Assembly (NCBI RefSeq): GCF_006345805.1
Contig: NC_043006.1
Location: forward strand, 88,722,001-88,786,000
Reading direction: 5' to 3'
Source: Octopus sinensis
Taxonomy: Eukaryota
DNA: 64,000 nt
The translations under genes and the position numbers were made by a program. The notes below the pieces were generated by a model. It was not told the origin of the DNA and made no database searches. It saw only the letters and a list, made by a program, of their open reading frames with translations. Shown here piece by piece: positions 51,589-64,000 of the stretch. Position 1 is the first letter of the stretch, and the number at the start of each line of letters is the position of its first letter.

Positions 51589-51875
<287 letters not shown>

Positions 51876-52226
51876 TACGGAGACCAAGTATGGAAGCATA
51901 CATTTGTTCATATAACGAGTAAATATTTATGATGCTACTTCAGAATATAAGAGTTGATGCTTCTCCCTCTTTTTCACAATGAGAACATTATATACACAAA
52001 CTACAGCTAATTTTATATTCATTGAATTCTGTCTCCTTCCAGTTGCATCATTTTCTTTTAAAATTTATGAATTACAGAACTATATATAATGAATAAATTT
52101 GTCGTCTGCACATGTTTACCGATCACTTATTGAGAATGGTTTTTAAAGATGAAGATGGTCCAGGACGTCTGAGGTATTGTGATGAATATATATATATATA
52201 TATATAATATATATATATATATATTA

Positions 52227-52792
52227 CAGACATGCAGGAAGTAAATAGACATTTTAAACTTCAAAATCTTTAATTCGATATTAATTGGTTGAAGAAGTTT
52301 TCTTCTAACTGCTCATCAAGAATACCCAAACTTATGAAGAAATGTATCACACGTTCTTAAACTAACTTCTAGCTGTTTTGCAATGTCAGAAGCCTTCGAA
52401 CGGGGTTCGTTTTCCACAATTCCCTTCAAACAGCGGAGCTTCATTTCCGAGGGCCCAGGTTGGCCGGGGCGAGAATCTGTTGATTCTTATCCTTGGCTTT
52501 TGAATTGCACTATAATTCTATTAACAGTAGCAAGAGGAATTTGAAGATTTTCAGCAATTTTTCACTGGTTAAGAACAGCCTCAGATGGCCCAACAATACG
52601 AACTCTTTGAGAATCTGATAGTTCTGCTGAATTTTTTGTGCGTGGCATGGTTACTCTTCGCAAATGTTTAATAGAAAGACACCTGGAATGAAACAGAATA
52701 ACTACATTGTAAATTCTACTCCGCTGAAAACATATTAAGACGCTTATATCAGAAATTTTGAAAATTAAAAGTGTCTATTTACTTCCTGCTTG

Positions 52793-52796
<4 letters not shown>
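52227..52796 (-). mobile_element. Internally deleted Tc1 element (TIRs plus N-terminal DNA-binding domain)
   Basis: About 50-bp TIRs cagaca(t/a)gcaggaagtaaatagaca. Minus strand MPRTKNSAELSDSQRVRIVG...KIAENLQIPLATVNRII...SRPG...ASDIAKQLEVS, with stops. Confidence 0.82.
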
Positions 52797-52842
<46 letters not shown>

Positions 52843-53349
52843 TAAATGAGGGTGAAAAATCGATATTAATTTAATAATACCATTAATTTAACACCAAGTG
52901 GCTTAGCACAAAAAACTACGGAGAAAATACAAATTTATACATAAATTATTAGAGAGTTATCAGAGAGTTATCCACTATGTGGATAACTCTAGTGCTAAAA
53001 ATAGCTCCGAAGCAACCACAGAAGATCTGTTTCCAACTAGAATCAACATACATTTAACGGAAGGAAAGTGAAATACCACGAATAAAATAGATTGACTCTA
53101 TACAATTGTTTCATTACTAATGTAATATGTAGTTTTACTTACACTTACATCTATAAATCTTCGGTAGAGTTTGTCAGAAATGCAATTAATTAGATCGATT
53201 CGAGCGTCAAAAACACGAGCGGTCCAACCAATTACATTTTTAGTTATGTCTCAAATTCCGCGCCAAAAGCATGCCTAGACTCCATTGGAAACGTATGCCG
53301 CATCAAATAAAATATTGACTGCCGCGTAGTTAAATTTATACATACATAT

Positions 53350-53393
<44 letters not shown>

Positions 53394-53432
53394 ACACACA
53401 TATGTGTATGTGTGTGGGTGTGCGTTTGTATG

Positions 53433-53469
<37 letters not shown>

Positions 53470-53805
53470 TAGAGACCACAAAAGTCATAGAGGGTGCTAA
53501 CCAGTACCAGCTATTGTTCCTATAAATAACAGTTAATTCAACTCAAAAGCCACAAAGCACTGTACTTAATGACTGATAAAGGGAGTAAGTCCCCAGCATA
53601 CATAATCGAATTGAACGATTTCGGATTTTGATGCATACAAACCACTCGATATGGCAACTGGATGAAGTTTATCCGCCCAAAAAAATACAAAAAGATCTAC
53701 CTTGCGTCTAATAGGCGCATACCACGAATGGGAGATTGAGCAGACATTAAAAATAATCATGGCTTTGAAAGATTTAGTTTCTTTTACCACTAGATACAGT
53801 AATCT

Positions 53806-53860
53806 ATAATAATAATAATAATGATGATGATGATGATAATAATAATAATAATAATAATAA

Positions 53861-53901
<41 letters not shown>

Positions 53902-53904
53902 CAA

Positions 53905-53935
<31 letters not shown>

Positions 53936-53962
53936 AACAACAACAATAACAATAACAATAAC

Positions 53963-54015
<53 letters not shown>
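53806..54015. repeat. (AAT)n/(AAC)n microsatellite
   Basis: Directly visible. Confidence 0.95.
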
Positions 54016-54017
<2 letters not shown>

Positions 54018-54570
54018 CCCTGATGCAGTACCAGGCAGTGGCTCTCATGGCTTCTGATCTTAACTGATTGGAAGTGTTATCATGTACATTGTTTAGTCTT
54101 GGTATAAAAGATGGGCTACAGCAAATATTCTGCTCAATACCACAGATTTGCTTGTCAGTTGTTTGACCTTAACCAGTTGAGCACGTCCCTTAGTGGCTGA
54201 TGATATGTGCATCACTGATCACGAGCAGAAGTAGTGGGAGAGTATCATAGCTATGTGTTGAGAGGGATTATTTGGGGTTTGGATAATTCACCTTTGGAAA
54301 CAGGGGTGTTTCGTTCAACATCCTTAAACAACCCTTATTCAGGGACCGTTTGAGCGGGATGGGCTACTCGACCAGAAGAAAATTCTAACTGGGCCCCACC
54401 TGCAAGGTCATGTGCTGTTTATCTTGATATGAGATCACCATGTCGTGCACATATGGTTGTGATGCATGTGCCTAGTGTACCCTTATCAGACGGGTAGTCA
54501 TGATTGGTATACTGCGCTTCGTATATTTTACCCCAGTGTCACTTTGATGGCATGCACTGCTCTCTCACTC
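54016..54570 (+). mobile_element. ~555-bp (AAT)n-embedded element (copy 3, longest)
   Basis: Begins gccctgatgcagtaccaggcagtggc and ends ctctctcactc-(aat)n. Confidence 0.88.
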
Positions 54571-55250
54571 AATAATAATAATAATAATATAATAATAATA
54601 ATAATAATAATATAATAATAATAATAATGATGATGATAATAATAATAATGATAATAAGAGAGAGAAGGAGATTGCTATAAAAGAAGTCATAAAAAATTGC
54701 TGACGATATTTACAATTCCGTGAATATACGGTGGTTTCCTCGAGCAATTTTTTTTTCCCACGAATAACCGGGACGCAGATCTCAACAGCTAGTAGCTGAG
54801 ATACCAACGATCTACATTAATAACTCTCCAACCCATACCAGCATGGAGCATAGAAGTTAAGGGAAATTTTTAAAGAAAGTTTTCAACTCATATATGTATA
54901 TAAAGTAAATATACGTAATTCAAAAACACGTTTTGTGTAGCTTATTTCGTAACCAAAAGACAGATACAGATTATAAACAACGAAAGGCAGATTTTGGTGG
55001 CTCATTTGACAGAAGTAGTAGAGAGCCAATCCGATGATAAATTTGACCTTGGATCTTGAAAGTTTGCATGAATTCTGGCTGTTAAATCTTTTGTGGCTTC
55101 AAACGATGTCATCTGTAGTGCAGCGATGTATTGTCTTATTTTGTTTTGGAAGTGCTTGGAATCTTGGTCAGTTGATGATACAGTTTCTTCAATGGCTCTG
55201 GTGGCGATTTTTCCTCTGTCTTCCCTTCTTTGGATCTTTCCTTTTCCTAT

Positions 55251-55285
55251 GTTTCTGACGAAGAGCTCCGCTCGAAACGTTAAAC
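55251..55285 (+). ncRNA. Minimal type I hammerhead ribozyme motif
   Basis: gttt-CTGACGA-A-GAGC(tcc)GCTC-GAA-ACGT-T-aaac; palindromic ACGT stem III, GUU triplet. Confidence 0.65.
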
Positions 55286-55374
55286 CCTCCTTCTTTCCTG
55301 AGCGTCCAGTAATACTATACTTGTTCCACGTCCTCGCGTTGTTGTGTTTTCTCTTTTTGTTTTCATGTTTGGAT

Positions 55375-55428
<54 letters not shown>

Positions 55429-55430
<2 letters not shown>

Positions 55431-55820
55431 CGCAGGCATGGTTGTGTGGTAAGGAGATTGCTTCCCAACTACATTGTTCCGAGTTCACTCTCACTGTGTG
55501 GAACCTTTGGCAAATGACTTGTACTAGAGCCTCGGGTCTACCAAAGCCTTGTGAGTGGAAACGGTAGACGGAAACTGAAAGAAGCTCGTCGTATATATAT
55601 ATTTGCGTGTGTGTGCATTTGTGTGTGTGTATCTGTGTTTGTCCCCCACAATCGCTTGACAAACGATGTTGGTTTGTTTATGTCCCCGTAAATTAGCGTT
55701 TCGGCAATAGAGACCGAAATAATAAGTACTAGGCTTACAAACAATAAGTTCTGGGGTCAATTTGTTCGACTAAACCCAATGCTCCAGCATGACGTAAGTC
55801 AAATGACTGAAACAAGCAAA

Positions 55821-55822
<2 letters not shown>
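55429..55822 (+). mobile_element. CORE-type SINE
   Basis: ggcgcaggcatggttgtgtggtaagg...ggaaactgaaagaagc...gtcaaatgactgaaac. Confidence 0.85.
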
Positions 55823-55880
<58 letters not shown>

Positions 55881-57409
55881 ATTGAGAGAGGGGGCGGGAA
55901 AGAGAGAGATAGATTTTTTTTTTTTTAATTGAGAGCCAGCACTGAAAGTTAAGACGTTCTGTATACGAATACGTCTATATAATCAATTCGATAGCAGATA
56001 CAAAAAATAGCTAATGAGTGTAAATGAATATTTCAAGAGTTACTTCGCCTTTTTCTGCACTACATCCAGCCCATCAACTATCATATTTCTTAAATACCAG
56101 CTATGTTATCGGTGTAACGCTATTGGATAGACCAATTCACATTTTCAACAGATTTCTGCCAACTGATACGTAAAGATTAATTGCTAGCAACGACACAGTA
56201 TATCGTTTACAAACATAAAATACAACCAAATATATTAAAAGTTTACAAGTCGAAATTGTGCATTACTTTCGTGTTTGCAGTGCGATGTTCTCACTTTTAA
56301 CTTTATCGCTACAGATGTTCTACAAAATTCAGACCATTTGTGTGAGTATACGAATATGTTTACGTAAACAATACGATCGAAGATTTAAAAAATAGGACCC
56401 TGGGTGAATATCCACATTTCAAGTGTTATTGGTCTTTTATCAGCGTCACATCCAACCCATGAACTTAGCCAAGGACGGATTGCTTAAATACCCACTAGGT
56501 TTAGCACTGCGATACTATAGGGTAGACCAATTTACCTATCAAACACATTCCCGGCACCTGGTACATAAATATTAATTGCCAGAAAGGATACAGTATTTCA
56601 TTTTGAAACCATAATATACTACCAAGTATTTTAAACATTTACAAGCCAATATTGTGCTTTACTTGTGTAAGGCACAACCTTACTTGTTTTGATGTGTGTG
56701 TGTGTGCATTAACATTACGGACGCATCAACACAAGCACATGCACAGCAATACTTACGTTTTTATTTTTGTATGCTTGTGTGTGTGTATGTGTGTGTGTGC
56801 GCTTATGTGCGCGCATATGTACTGATATGTAGGTGCCTAATAGGTCAAGCTGTTCTTCTTGTCACATATCCAGACATCTACACACATCATAACCTCAGCA
56901 ATGAATACTCTCAGTATAAGTGAACCGATGTTTTTTTAACTAAATCGGAATGATGTTTCGTCAGGGGAAATTATAGAAAGGACGTTTTATGTATAGAATA
57001 TAAGTTATCTGTTATCAGTAGAAACTTCCGAAATATGCTTCTGGTCTATCAAAAACTAATTCAAATTCAAAAGTAAATCGATCAACGTACCACTCCACTT
57101 TAATATTTTAACTTACCGTTATGATTACTGAATTTTAAACAGAATTTTATAATTTAATTGAAAAACGTATTCTAGGATTATTGGACTTCACAAAGATCCC
57201 GATAGAGCTAAATAACTCCGGGGAATTGCTCATATATTTATGTAATTGTGAGAGTTCTCAGTATATCTAATATATTATAATCTAATACAGAAAAAATTAA
57301 TAATGCGTTAATAAAATGCCAGTCTACCACAGACATGGCGCTAACTCCGTCTCACTAATGGAAAAAAGTAAATAAACGCGAAAGTACATATGGCAGCCTT
57401 ACGATGAGT

Positions 57410-57586
57410 GCAGTATGGTTATGGTGTTGGTAGTGGTGATTGTCGTAGTGGTTACGGCATTGGAAGTGGTAATAGTGGCGGTAGATGTGGTAGTGGTGAA
57501 AGTGATGTTGGTTGTAGTGGTGGTAGCGGTGTTAGTGATGGTGGTAAGGGTGATAGTTGTGGTAGTGATAGTAGTAGTAGTAGTAT

Positions 57587-57622
<36 letters not shown>

Positions 57623-57700
57623 GGGGAGGGTAAGGGTGGTGGTATTTGTATTGGGAGTGATGTCAGCAGTGTTGGTGATAGTAATTTTCGTGTTAGTGTT
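57410..57700. repeat. Low-complexity (GGT)/(TAG) tract
   Basis: Directly visible. Confidence 0.8.
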
Positions 57701-57709
57701 AGTCTAAAC

Positions 57710-57910
57710 CAATGGTTTTCAACCAGGGTTCCGCCAGAACAGTCCAGGGGTTCCGCAAGAAGTTACAAAACTGCTAAAATCGGCAGTAATTTTTAATTTT
57801 CCTGTGCAGATATGTGTGCATAAGACTATTAAATTATTGCACAGGGGTTCCCCGAGCCAGTGGAATGTTTCCTTGGGGTTCCGCTCCAGCAAAAAGTTTG
57901 AAAAGCACTG
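57710..57910. mobile_element. hAT (Charlie-type) MITE, 201 bp, 8-bp TSD
   Basis: TSD gtctaaac at 57702-57709 and 57911-57918; termini caatggttttcaa / ttgaaaagcactg. Confidence 0.9.
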
Positions 57911-58129
57911 GTCTAAACAGTGTTATTAGTAACATTAGTAGCGGCGTTAATTGTGATGTTGATAGTTTCGGCATTGTTGCTAGACTGGTAGGTTGCAGTG
58001 TTTGGTATTGATGTTAGTCGTACGGTTTGTTGCAAGAAATGTTGGCAATGGTGGTGGTAGAGAACATCTTGGCAATCATTATTAGGATAACGCTGAAGGT
58101 GGTTTATAAATATAGAAAATACTCTAACA

Positions 58130-58325
58130 CAACACACACACACGCACTCGCATACGCATAATCATCCACATACACATGTCTCTATCACTCTCTTTCTCTC
58201 TCTCTCTCTCTCTCTATCTATCTGTCTATCTATCTATCTCCCTCTCTCATGAGCACCCCTATATATAAAAATACACTTATATATACATATCCACATATAT
58301 GCATATGTATGTGTGTGTATATCTA

Positions 58326-58356
<31 letters not shown>

Positions 58357-59800
58357 ATATATATATATATATATATACTACCCAACACATTCACACACAC
58401 TTGTTCTCTCTCTTTCTCTCTCTCTCTCGCTCTCGCTCTCTCCTTCTCTTTCTCTTATTCTCACCCAAATATCATGCAAACATACACGCACTCCACATAT
58501 TCTTATGTATGTTCTACACGTTCAACAAACACACACACACACTCATACACACACATGCACACACATACACACACACTCATACACACACATACACACACAC
58601 ACACACACACTCATACACACACATACACACACATACACACACACACTTATACACACACATACATACACACACATACACACACACATATACACACACACAC
58701 TGTTTGAAAATAGAGTTTGAGTTGGATGTGGTGGGAAGTTTAATGAAACTATATTAAGACCTTTCCATTTGTCTATAATTGCATCTCGATGAGGAAGCTG
58801 CAGTAGTGATGATGATGATGATGATGATGAGCAGGACAACAATGGCAGTGGTGGTAATGGTGATGATGGTGATTGTGGTAGTGATGACGGCGACGACAAC
58901 GACCACGACAACGCTGATGACAAATGATTGTAGATTTAATGAAGTTGATGCATCATGTCGCTACTACTGCTGATAATGATGATGAGGAGGAGGAGGAAGT
59001 GGAGGAGGGGAAAGGGGAGGGGGAGGAAGAGGTTGAGGAAAAGGGCAACAATTACGATGTTGGTGGTTACGGTGGCGGCGGTGACGGCGGCGGTAACGGC
59101 GGCGGTGACGGCGGCGGTGACGGCGGCGGTGACGGCGGCAGTGACGGCCGTGGTGACGGCGGCAGTGACGGCCGTGGTGACGGCGGTGGTGACAGCGGCG
59201 GTGGTGGTGGTGGTGGTGATGGTGGTGGTGGTGTGGTGGTGGTGGTGGTGGTGGTGGTGGTGGTGGTGGTGGTAGTGGTGGTGGTGGTGGTGGTGGTGGT
59301 GGTGGATGCGGTTTGGTGATGCTGACGACGATGTAGAAACTGATGATGATGATTACAGCAGTACTAACGATGATGATAATTATGGTGATTATGATGATGA
59401 CGAAGAAACAACGGCGTCGACGATGATGCTGATGATGATAACAACGACGAAAGAACGACGTTGAAGATGACAAGTGAAAGCTGACTGATTTACAAATAAT
59501 ATCAAAATTATTTATTAAAATAGCGAACAACACAAAGATTTGCACATCTCGAAATATACATACATATTTATCTCTCTAATATATAGCTAAGGTTGTATTC
59601 ATGAATATTTGGAAATATATATATGAACATTTAGAGTTTCGCTTACTCACACACACGCACACACACACACGTACATACACACAGACACACGCACACACAC
59701 ACACAAACATACATACAGTCTCACATACACACTACCACGCAAATGCACACACATACATATAGATATATATGTATATATATACCTGAGTATATGTATAATG

Positions 59801-59843
<43 letters not shown>

Positions 59844-60043
59844 GTGTGTGTGTGTGTGTGCGTGCGTGCGTGCAGTTATGTATCTCTGAATATATACTGC
59901 TGTATATGTATCCGTTCGTTTAAGTACGTGTACATAGAGTCGAGGAGAGAGAGATGATATATATATATATATATATTTGTTTGTATATACACACACATAC
60001 TCACATATATACATGCACATCTGTGTGTTTGTGCGTGGAGTCA

Positions 60044-60070
<27 letters not shown>
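58130..60070. repeat. Cluster of (CA)/(TC)/(GAT)/(GGC)/(GGT)/(TA) simple repeats
   Basis: Directly visible. Confidence 0.85.
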
Positions 60071-60074
<4 letters not shown>

Positions 60075-60349
60075 AAATATTTATACAATTCTATTTGATC
60101 ATTTTAACTAAAGCGACAATTATAAATTTTTTTTTTTTGTAGTAGCTGAAATGGTAGGTGTTGTTATTGTTTTGCTGGAGGCTGGTGAAGGTGGTGGAAT
60201 GTCGGGGGTGGACGGTTTGGTCGTACTTCTGCTGGTGGGTGTAAAGGCTATTTCTTCAGCTGTTGCCTTGAAATGTTTAAATCAATTTATCTGCAAAAAT
60301 AAAAATAAAGTATGTAAATAAATAAACAAATAATAACACAAGGAGGAAG

Positions 60350-60488
60350 AGATGTTAGAAGCAGAAGAAGAAGAACAACAACAACAACAGCAGCAGCAGG
60401 AGGTGAAGAAAGAAGAAGAAGAAGAAGAAGAAGAAGAAGAAGAGAAGAAGAAGAAAAAGAAGAAGAAGAAGAGAAGAAGAAGAAGAAG

Positions 60489-60520
<32 letters not shown>

Positions 60521-60760
60521 GAAGAAGAAGAAGAAGAAGAAGAAGAAGAAGAGGAGGAGCAGCAACACCAACGGCAACAAGAGGAAGAACAAGAAAAAGA
60601 AATGGGAGGAGTGGAAGAAGAAGAAGAAGAAGAAGAAGACGACGACGACGAAGAAGAAAAAAGAAGAAGAGAAAGAAGACGAAGAAGAAGAAAAGAAAAA
60701 TAAAAAGAAGAAGAACAGCAACAACAACAACAACAACAACAACACCAGCAGCAAGACCGA
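60350..60760. repeat. (GAA)n/(CAA)n low-complexity tract
   Basis: Directly visible. Confidence 0.92.
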
Positions 60761-62124
60761 ATAAAGAAAGAATCAGAAAAATTAGATGGACATATGTATG
60801 TGATATGCTAAATTTTAATGTGTTGCGATATGAAAGTTTGCAATGGTTTTAATATGGCTGCTACAGTATTTCGAATCAGCTTATTTTATTTACTGATTCA
60901 ACATAGCCCACGGCACTTTTTCAACTTTCCGCCATTTTTTCGTTTTCTTTCTTCTTTGTATTTTAACATTATTTTTCTTTATGTTTCGTATTTATTTTAT
61001 CTGTTTTATTTTAGTTTCCAACATCATTATTTTGCAGCTATTTTTTCATTGTATGTGTATTTATTTATTCCTAATTTTTTATGATGCTGATTGGGATCTC
61101 TGAGTTGTTACAAATTTTGAACAGTTTTCCAAAACCTCATTTATTACCGTGGCCGACTCAATAGGTCATGCGCGCGCACGCGCACACACACACACACACA
61201 CATACGTGCATATACACATACAAACTGGGGGTTAGTAGAATTCCTACTTCAGTTGGTATTCTAAATCACCAGTTGTCAGTATCACATTTTTCTTGTTGCT
61301 ATTGTTGTTGTCGTCCTCAGCGTCGTTAACATTTTTGCTGATGGTGATGAAGATGATGATGATGACGATGATATAGCGATGGTGCTTATTGAGATGTGTG
61401 CTGGTGGCGGCGCGTTATTGGCAGTGGTGGCCATAGTGATAGTGCTACTACTGTTGTTGGTATTGTGGTTGATGTTATTTTTGAGGAGGAGGATAGTAAA
61501 CAATGAAAATAACTGGGTAACATAAATAATATTTCTTAATACGACGTGCAGAAAGTAAATAAGAATTTATGGAAAATAAAGAATTGTACGAGTTGAAGAG
61601 AAATTTGTCAGTGAACCAAAGAGCCAGTATTGAAGGAACCAGAAAAAAACCGTTATCAACAGAAAGCACAAAACGTAGCAAAAGTAAATAAGAAATGCTT
61701 AGGGAAATTAACTAAGTGTACGGATTGAAGTGCAATTTTTTAAATTACTTGTTAGTAAATTATGAACTTACTTTAACAGTAATTCCGCCAATAACAAAAA
61801 CACACAAAACGTTGCAAAAGTAAATAAGAAATTTATAGGCAAATTTAACGAAGAGTACAGATTGAAGTGAAATTTATGAAGTTACTTCTGTCAGTAGATT
61901 AGGTATGAAATTACTTTCATCAGTAATTGTGAACTTCTTTCTGTTAGTAATTTATCATTGTTGTTTGTAAATAGCAATTGAAAACTAACAGTGAAGACAA
62001 TAGCGATGGGACTTAAAGTGAAAACAATAGCGTCTGAAAATGACAGTGAAAACAATAGAGAGTGAGTGAGATATAGAGAGAGCAGCAGAGAGAGAAAGAG
62101 ACCTAGCTAGTTAAACAAATAAGA

Positions 62125-62129
62125 TAGAT

Positions 62130-62189
<60 letters not shown>

Positions 62190-62670
62190 GATACAGACAA
62201 CTAGATACTGAGAAATAGATAGATATAGAGATGAATAGAGAGATATAAATAGAGAGAGAGAGAGAGAGTTGGACAAAGAAATTTAGATAGAGAGGTATGG
62301 ACCTCACTAACGCTAGAAAATCGGAAGTAAATATTAAATTATGTGAAAAATTTTAAGAGTCAAAAACCATCCCTGGAACATAAGTAATGTATGTTCCCAG
62401 TTTGGAGAAAATCCGTTGAAAAATACGGCTGTTATAATCTGTTACACACACAGAGCACAATTTATATAATAGATGTGTGTGCATGTATGTATGTATGTAT
62501 GTATGTATGTATGTATGAATGAATGAATGAATGTATGCATGTATGTATGTATGTATGTATGTATGTATGTATGTATGTATGTATGTATGTATGTATGTAT
62601 GCCTGTATGTATGAATGTATGTATGTATGTATGTATGCATGTATGTATGCATGTGCAAGTATGCGCGCGC
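62125..62670. repeat. (TAGA)n and (TATG)n microsatellites
   Basis: Directly visible at 62125-62190 and 62480-62670. Confidence 0.85.
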
Positions 62671-62949
62671 GTGTGTGTATGTTCTCTTCGATTGTTAATT
62701 ATTTAGATTCTTCTTCTGAATTCTAACAAAGGTACAAAGTCCCGTCGTTGGAATGTACAAAACGAAAGCGATGTCACATTTTAAGCCTGAGAATGCCCTG
62801 CATAGTTTTACTGTTTCGCTTACATATTGTATTTGTAATGTTACGAGTCCGTTGGTTGGTTTCTTTTTCTGCAAATCCAAACTTGTCCAGACTGTCTGTT
62901 TGGCATTTACTCATAAAACCAAGTCCCCCAATTATCATTAGTATAAATG

Positions 62950-64000
62950 TAAATTTTTAATCAGGATATATAAAGTGCAGGTTTTGAAGTAGTTGTTCAT
63001 AGTTATTCTCTTTCTCTTTGGTTTTCAAAGAGATATAAACATCAGCAGAACAGCTGGCATCTGCAATGGTACATACTTCTTCTTGTCTATCCCTGATAAC
63101 AATATCGAGCCTATTCTTGTTTACACTTGGCAGATGTTCTGATTGAAACATTCCACCAGTATTCATCGTCTTGATGTTTGTGTACATATTTGATAACTGG
63201 GGGATGCTCTAAGTTCTCTAGATATCTTCTAGGATAGTCTTTTTCCATATGGCATTGCATACTGTTTTTATGGCAACGTCGTATCGCATAGGGAAGTAGT
63301 ACTTTGATTATATTTTGGGGCAGCTGCAAATCACATGTGTGATGACTTTCCCAGAAATATGATATAATCTACATGTTTGATTGCATGCTGGAACTCCAGG
63401 TGTTTCGCTGTCTCTTTTGTTTATTAAGTATTCAGCAGCAATCTTGTATTCTTGGATTGCAAACTCGTAACCTTCGAAATGGTCACGAGTCCAAGACTCT
63501 TCACTTTATATCAATATTAGTGTCTACTCCAAGTCTGCGGGAAACATAGCCATAAATGATTATTTTTGTTTCTTTTATTTGTTTTGTTTCTTTCTGTTTC
63601 GTTTTTTGTATACGGAGCATTTCACATCTAAGTTTCCTTTCAGGTATTTTAGTCCGGCCACTTTGGGGTTGCATGGGGGATCATAAAGAAGAGAGTGCTT
63701 CCTGAGAAGCTCGCTGCCGACACGCACGTTATTGTTCTTTTCACTTTTTAACACTAAGTCAATGCACTTCTTTTTTCTACCGTTGTTTAGTCATTCGACG
63801 CCTGTCTACTCTGATTTCAAACCTCTACTTCCTTTATATCTTCTTAGGAAGAGCCACTCCATATCACTATTCCTGTGGATATTTTCAGTTGATGTCAGTA
63901 TCTTGCGGGTTTTAACGTCTATTAGGTGGATTTCTTTTACAAACCTGTCAAGCATTCCGAATGTTGGAACCAGCACTGATACAGCAAATGTATTATGGGA
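62950..64000 (-). pseudogene. R4/Dong-like LINE, zinc-knuckle and RLE region, degenerate; continues past the window end
   Basis: HFEGYEFAIQE...YLINKRD...CRLY...ITHVICSCPK...YYFPMRYDV ... DEYWWNVSI ... NRLDIVIRDR...CTIADASCSADV...EKENNYEQLL. Confidence 0.78.

Noticed and set aside
52078-52173. Possible exon ending at ctgag|gtattg
   Set aside because: All three frames from the best acceptor contain stops.
52964-53000. Hairpin agagttatccac/gtggataactct as an HHR stem II
   Set aside because: No CUGANGA or GAAA core on either side.
54016-54360. HDV-like ribozyme at the start of the 540-bp element (gccctga / tcaggga)
   Set aside because: The G1 partner is A, and no P1.1 GG, P3 or J4/2 could be placed.
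58779-59545. Glu/Gly-rich ORF (DDEEEE...GGGGDGGG) and His/Pro-rich antisense ORF
   Set aside because: Low-complexity GGC/GGT/GAG tract with no splice or domain support.
60287-60852. Arg/Lys-rich protamine-like ORF
   Set aside because: (GAA)n microsatellite artefact.

Overview
AT-rich eukaryotic DNA that is almost entirely repeat-derived. The SINE families and microsatellite load resemble Octopus/coleoid cephalopod genomes (inference, not searched). No host gene can be securely called; one pair of small in-frame exon candidates lies at about 47.4-47.8 kb. Most ORF-track entries are microsatellite artefacts. Supported content: Tc1/mariner DNA transposons (two mariners, one maT DD37D, one deleted Tc1), a Tigger remnant, a hAT MITE with an 8-bp TSD, an unassigned CxxH-type DDE transposon, a Helitron Pif1 fragment, LINEs of the CR1, RTE, R4/Dong and CRE-like clades, Penelope-like element (PLE) RT and GIY-YIG remnants, and many tRNA-derived SINEs. 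The most notable signal is a high density of type I hammerhead ribozyme (HHR) motifs with palindromic stem III, from several families. They include a young, ORF-less 475-bp tandem-plus-inverted array at 22470-24123 that looks like a retrozyme/PLE-derived circular-RNA unit, a 120-bp-arm palindrome carrying two HHRs at 38193-38448, and an HHR variant with an A-A apposition at the base of stem II in two unrelated families. All motif calls and translations were read by eye; none were computed or searched.
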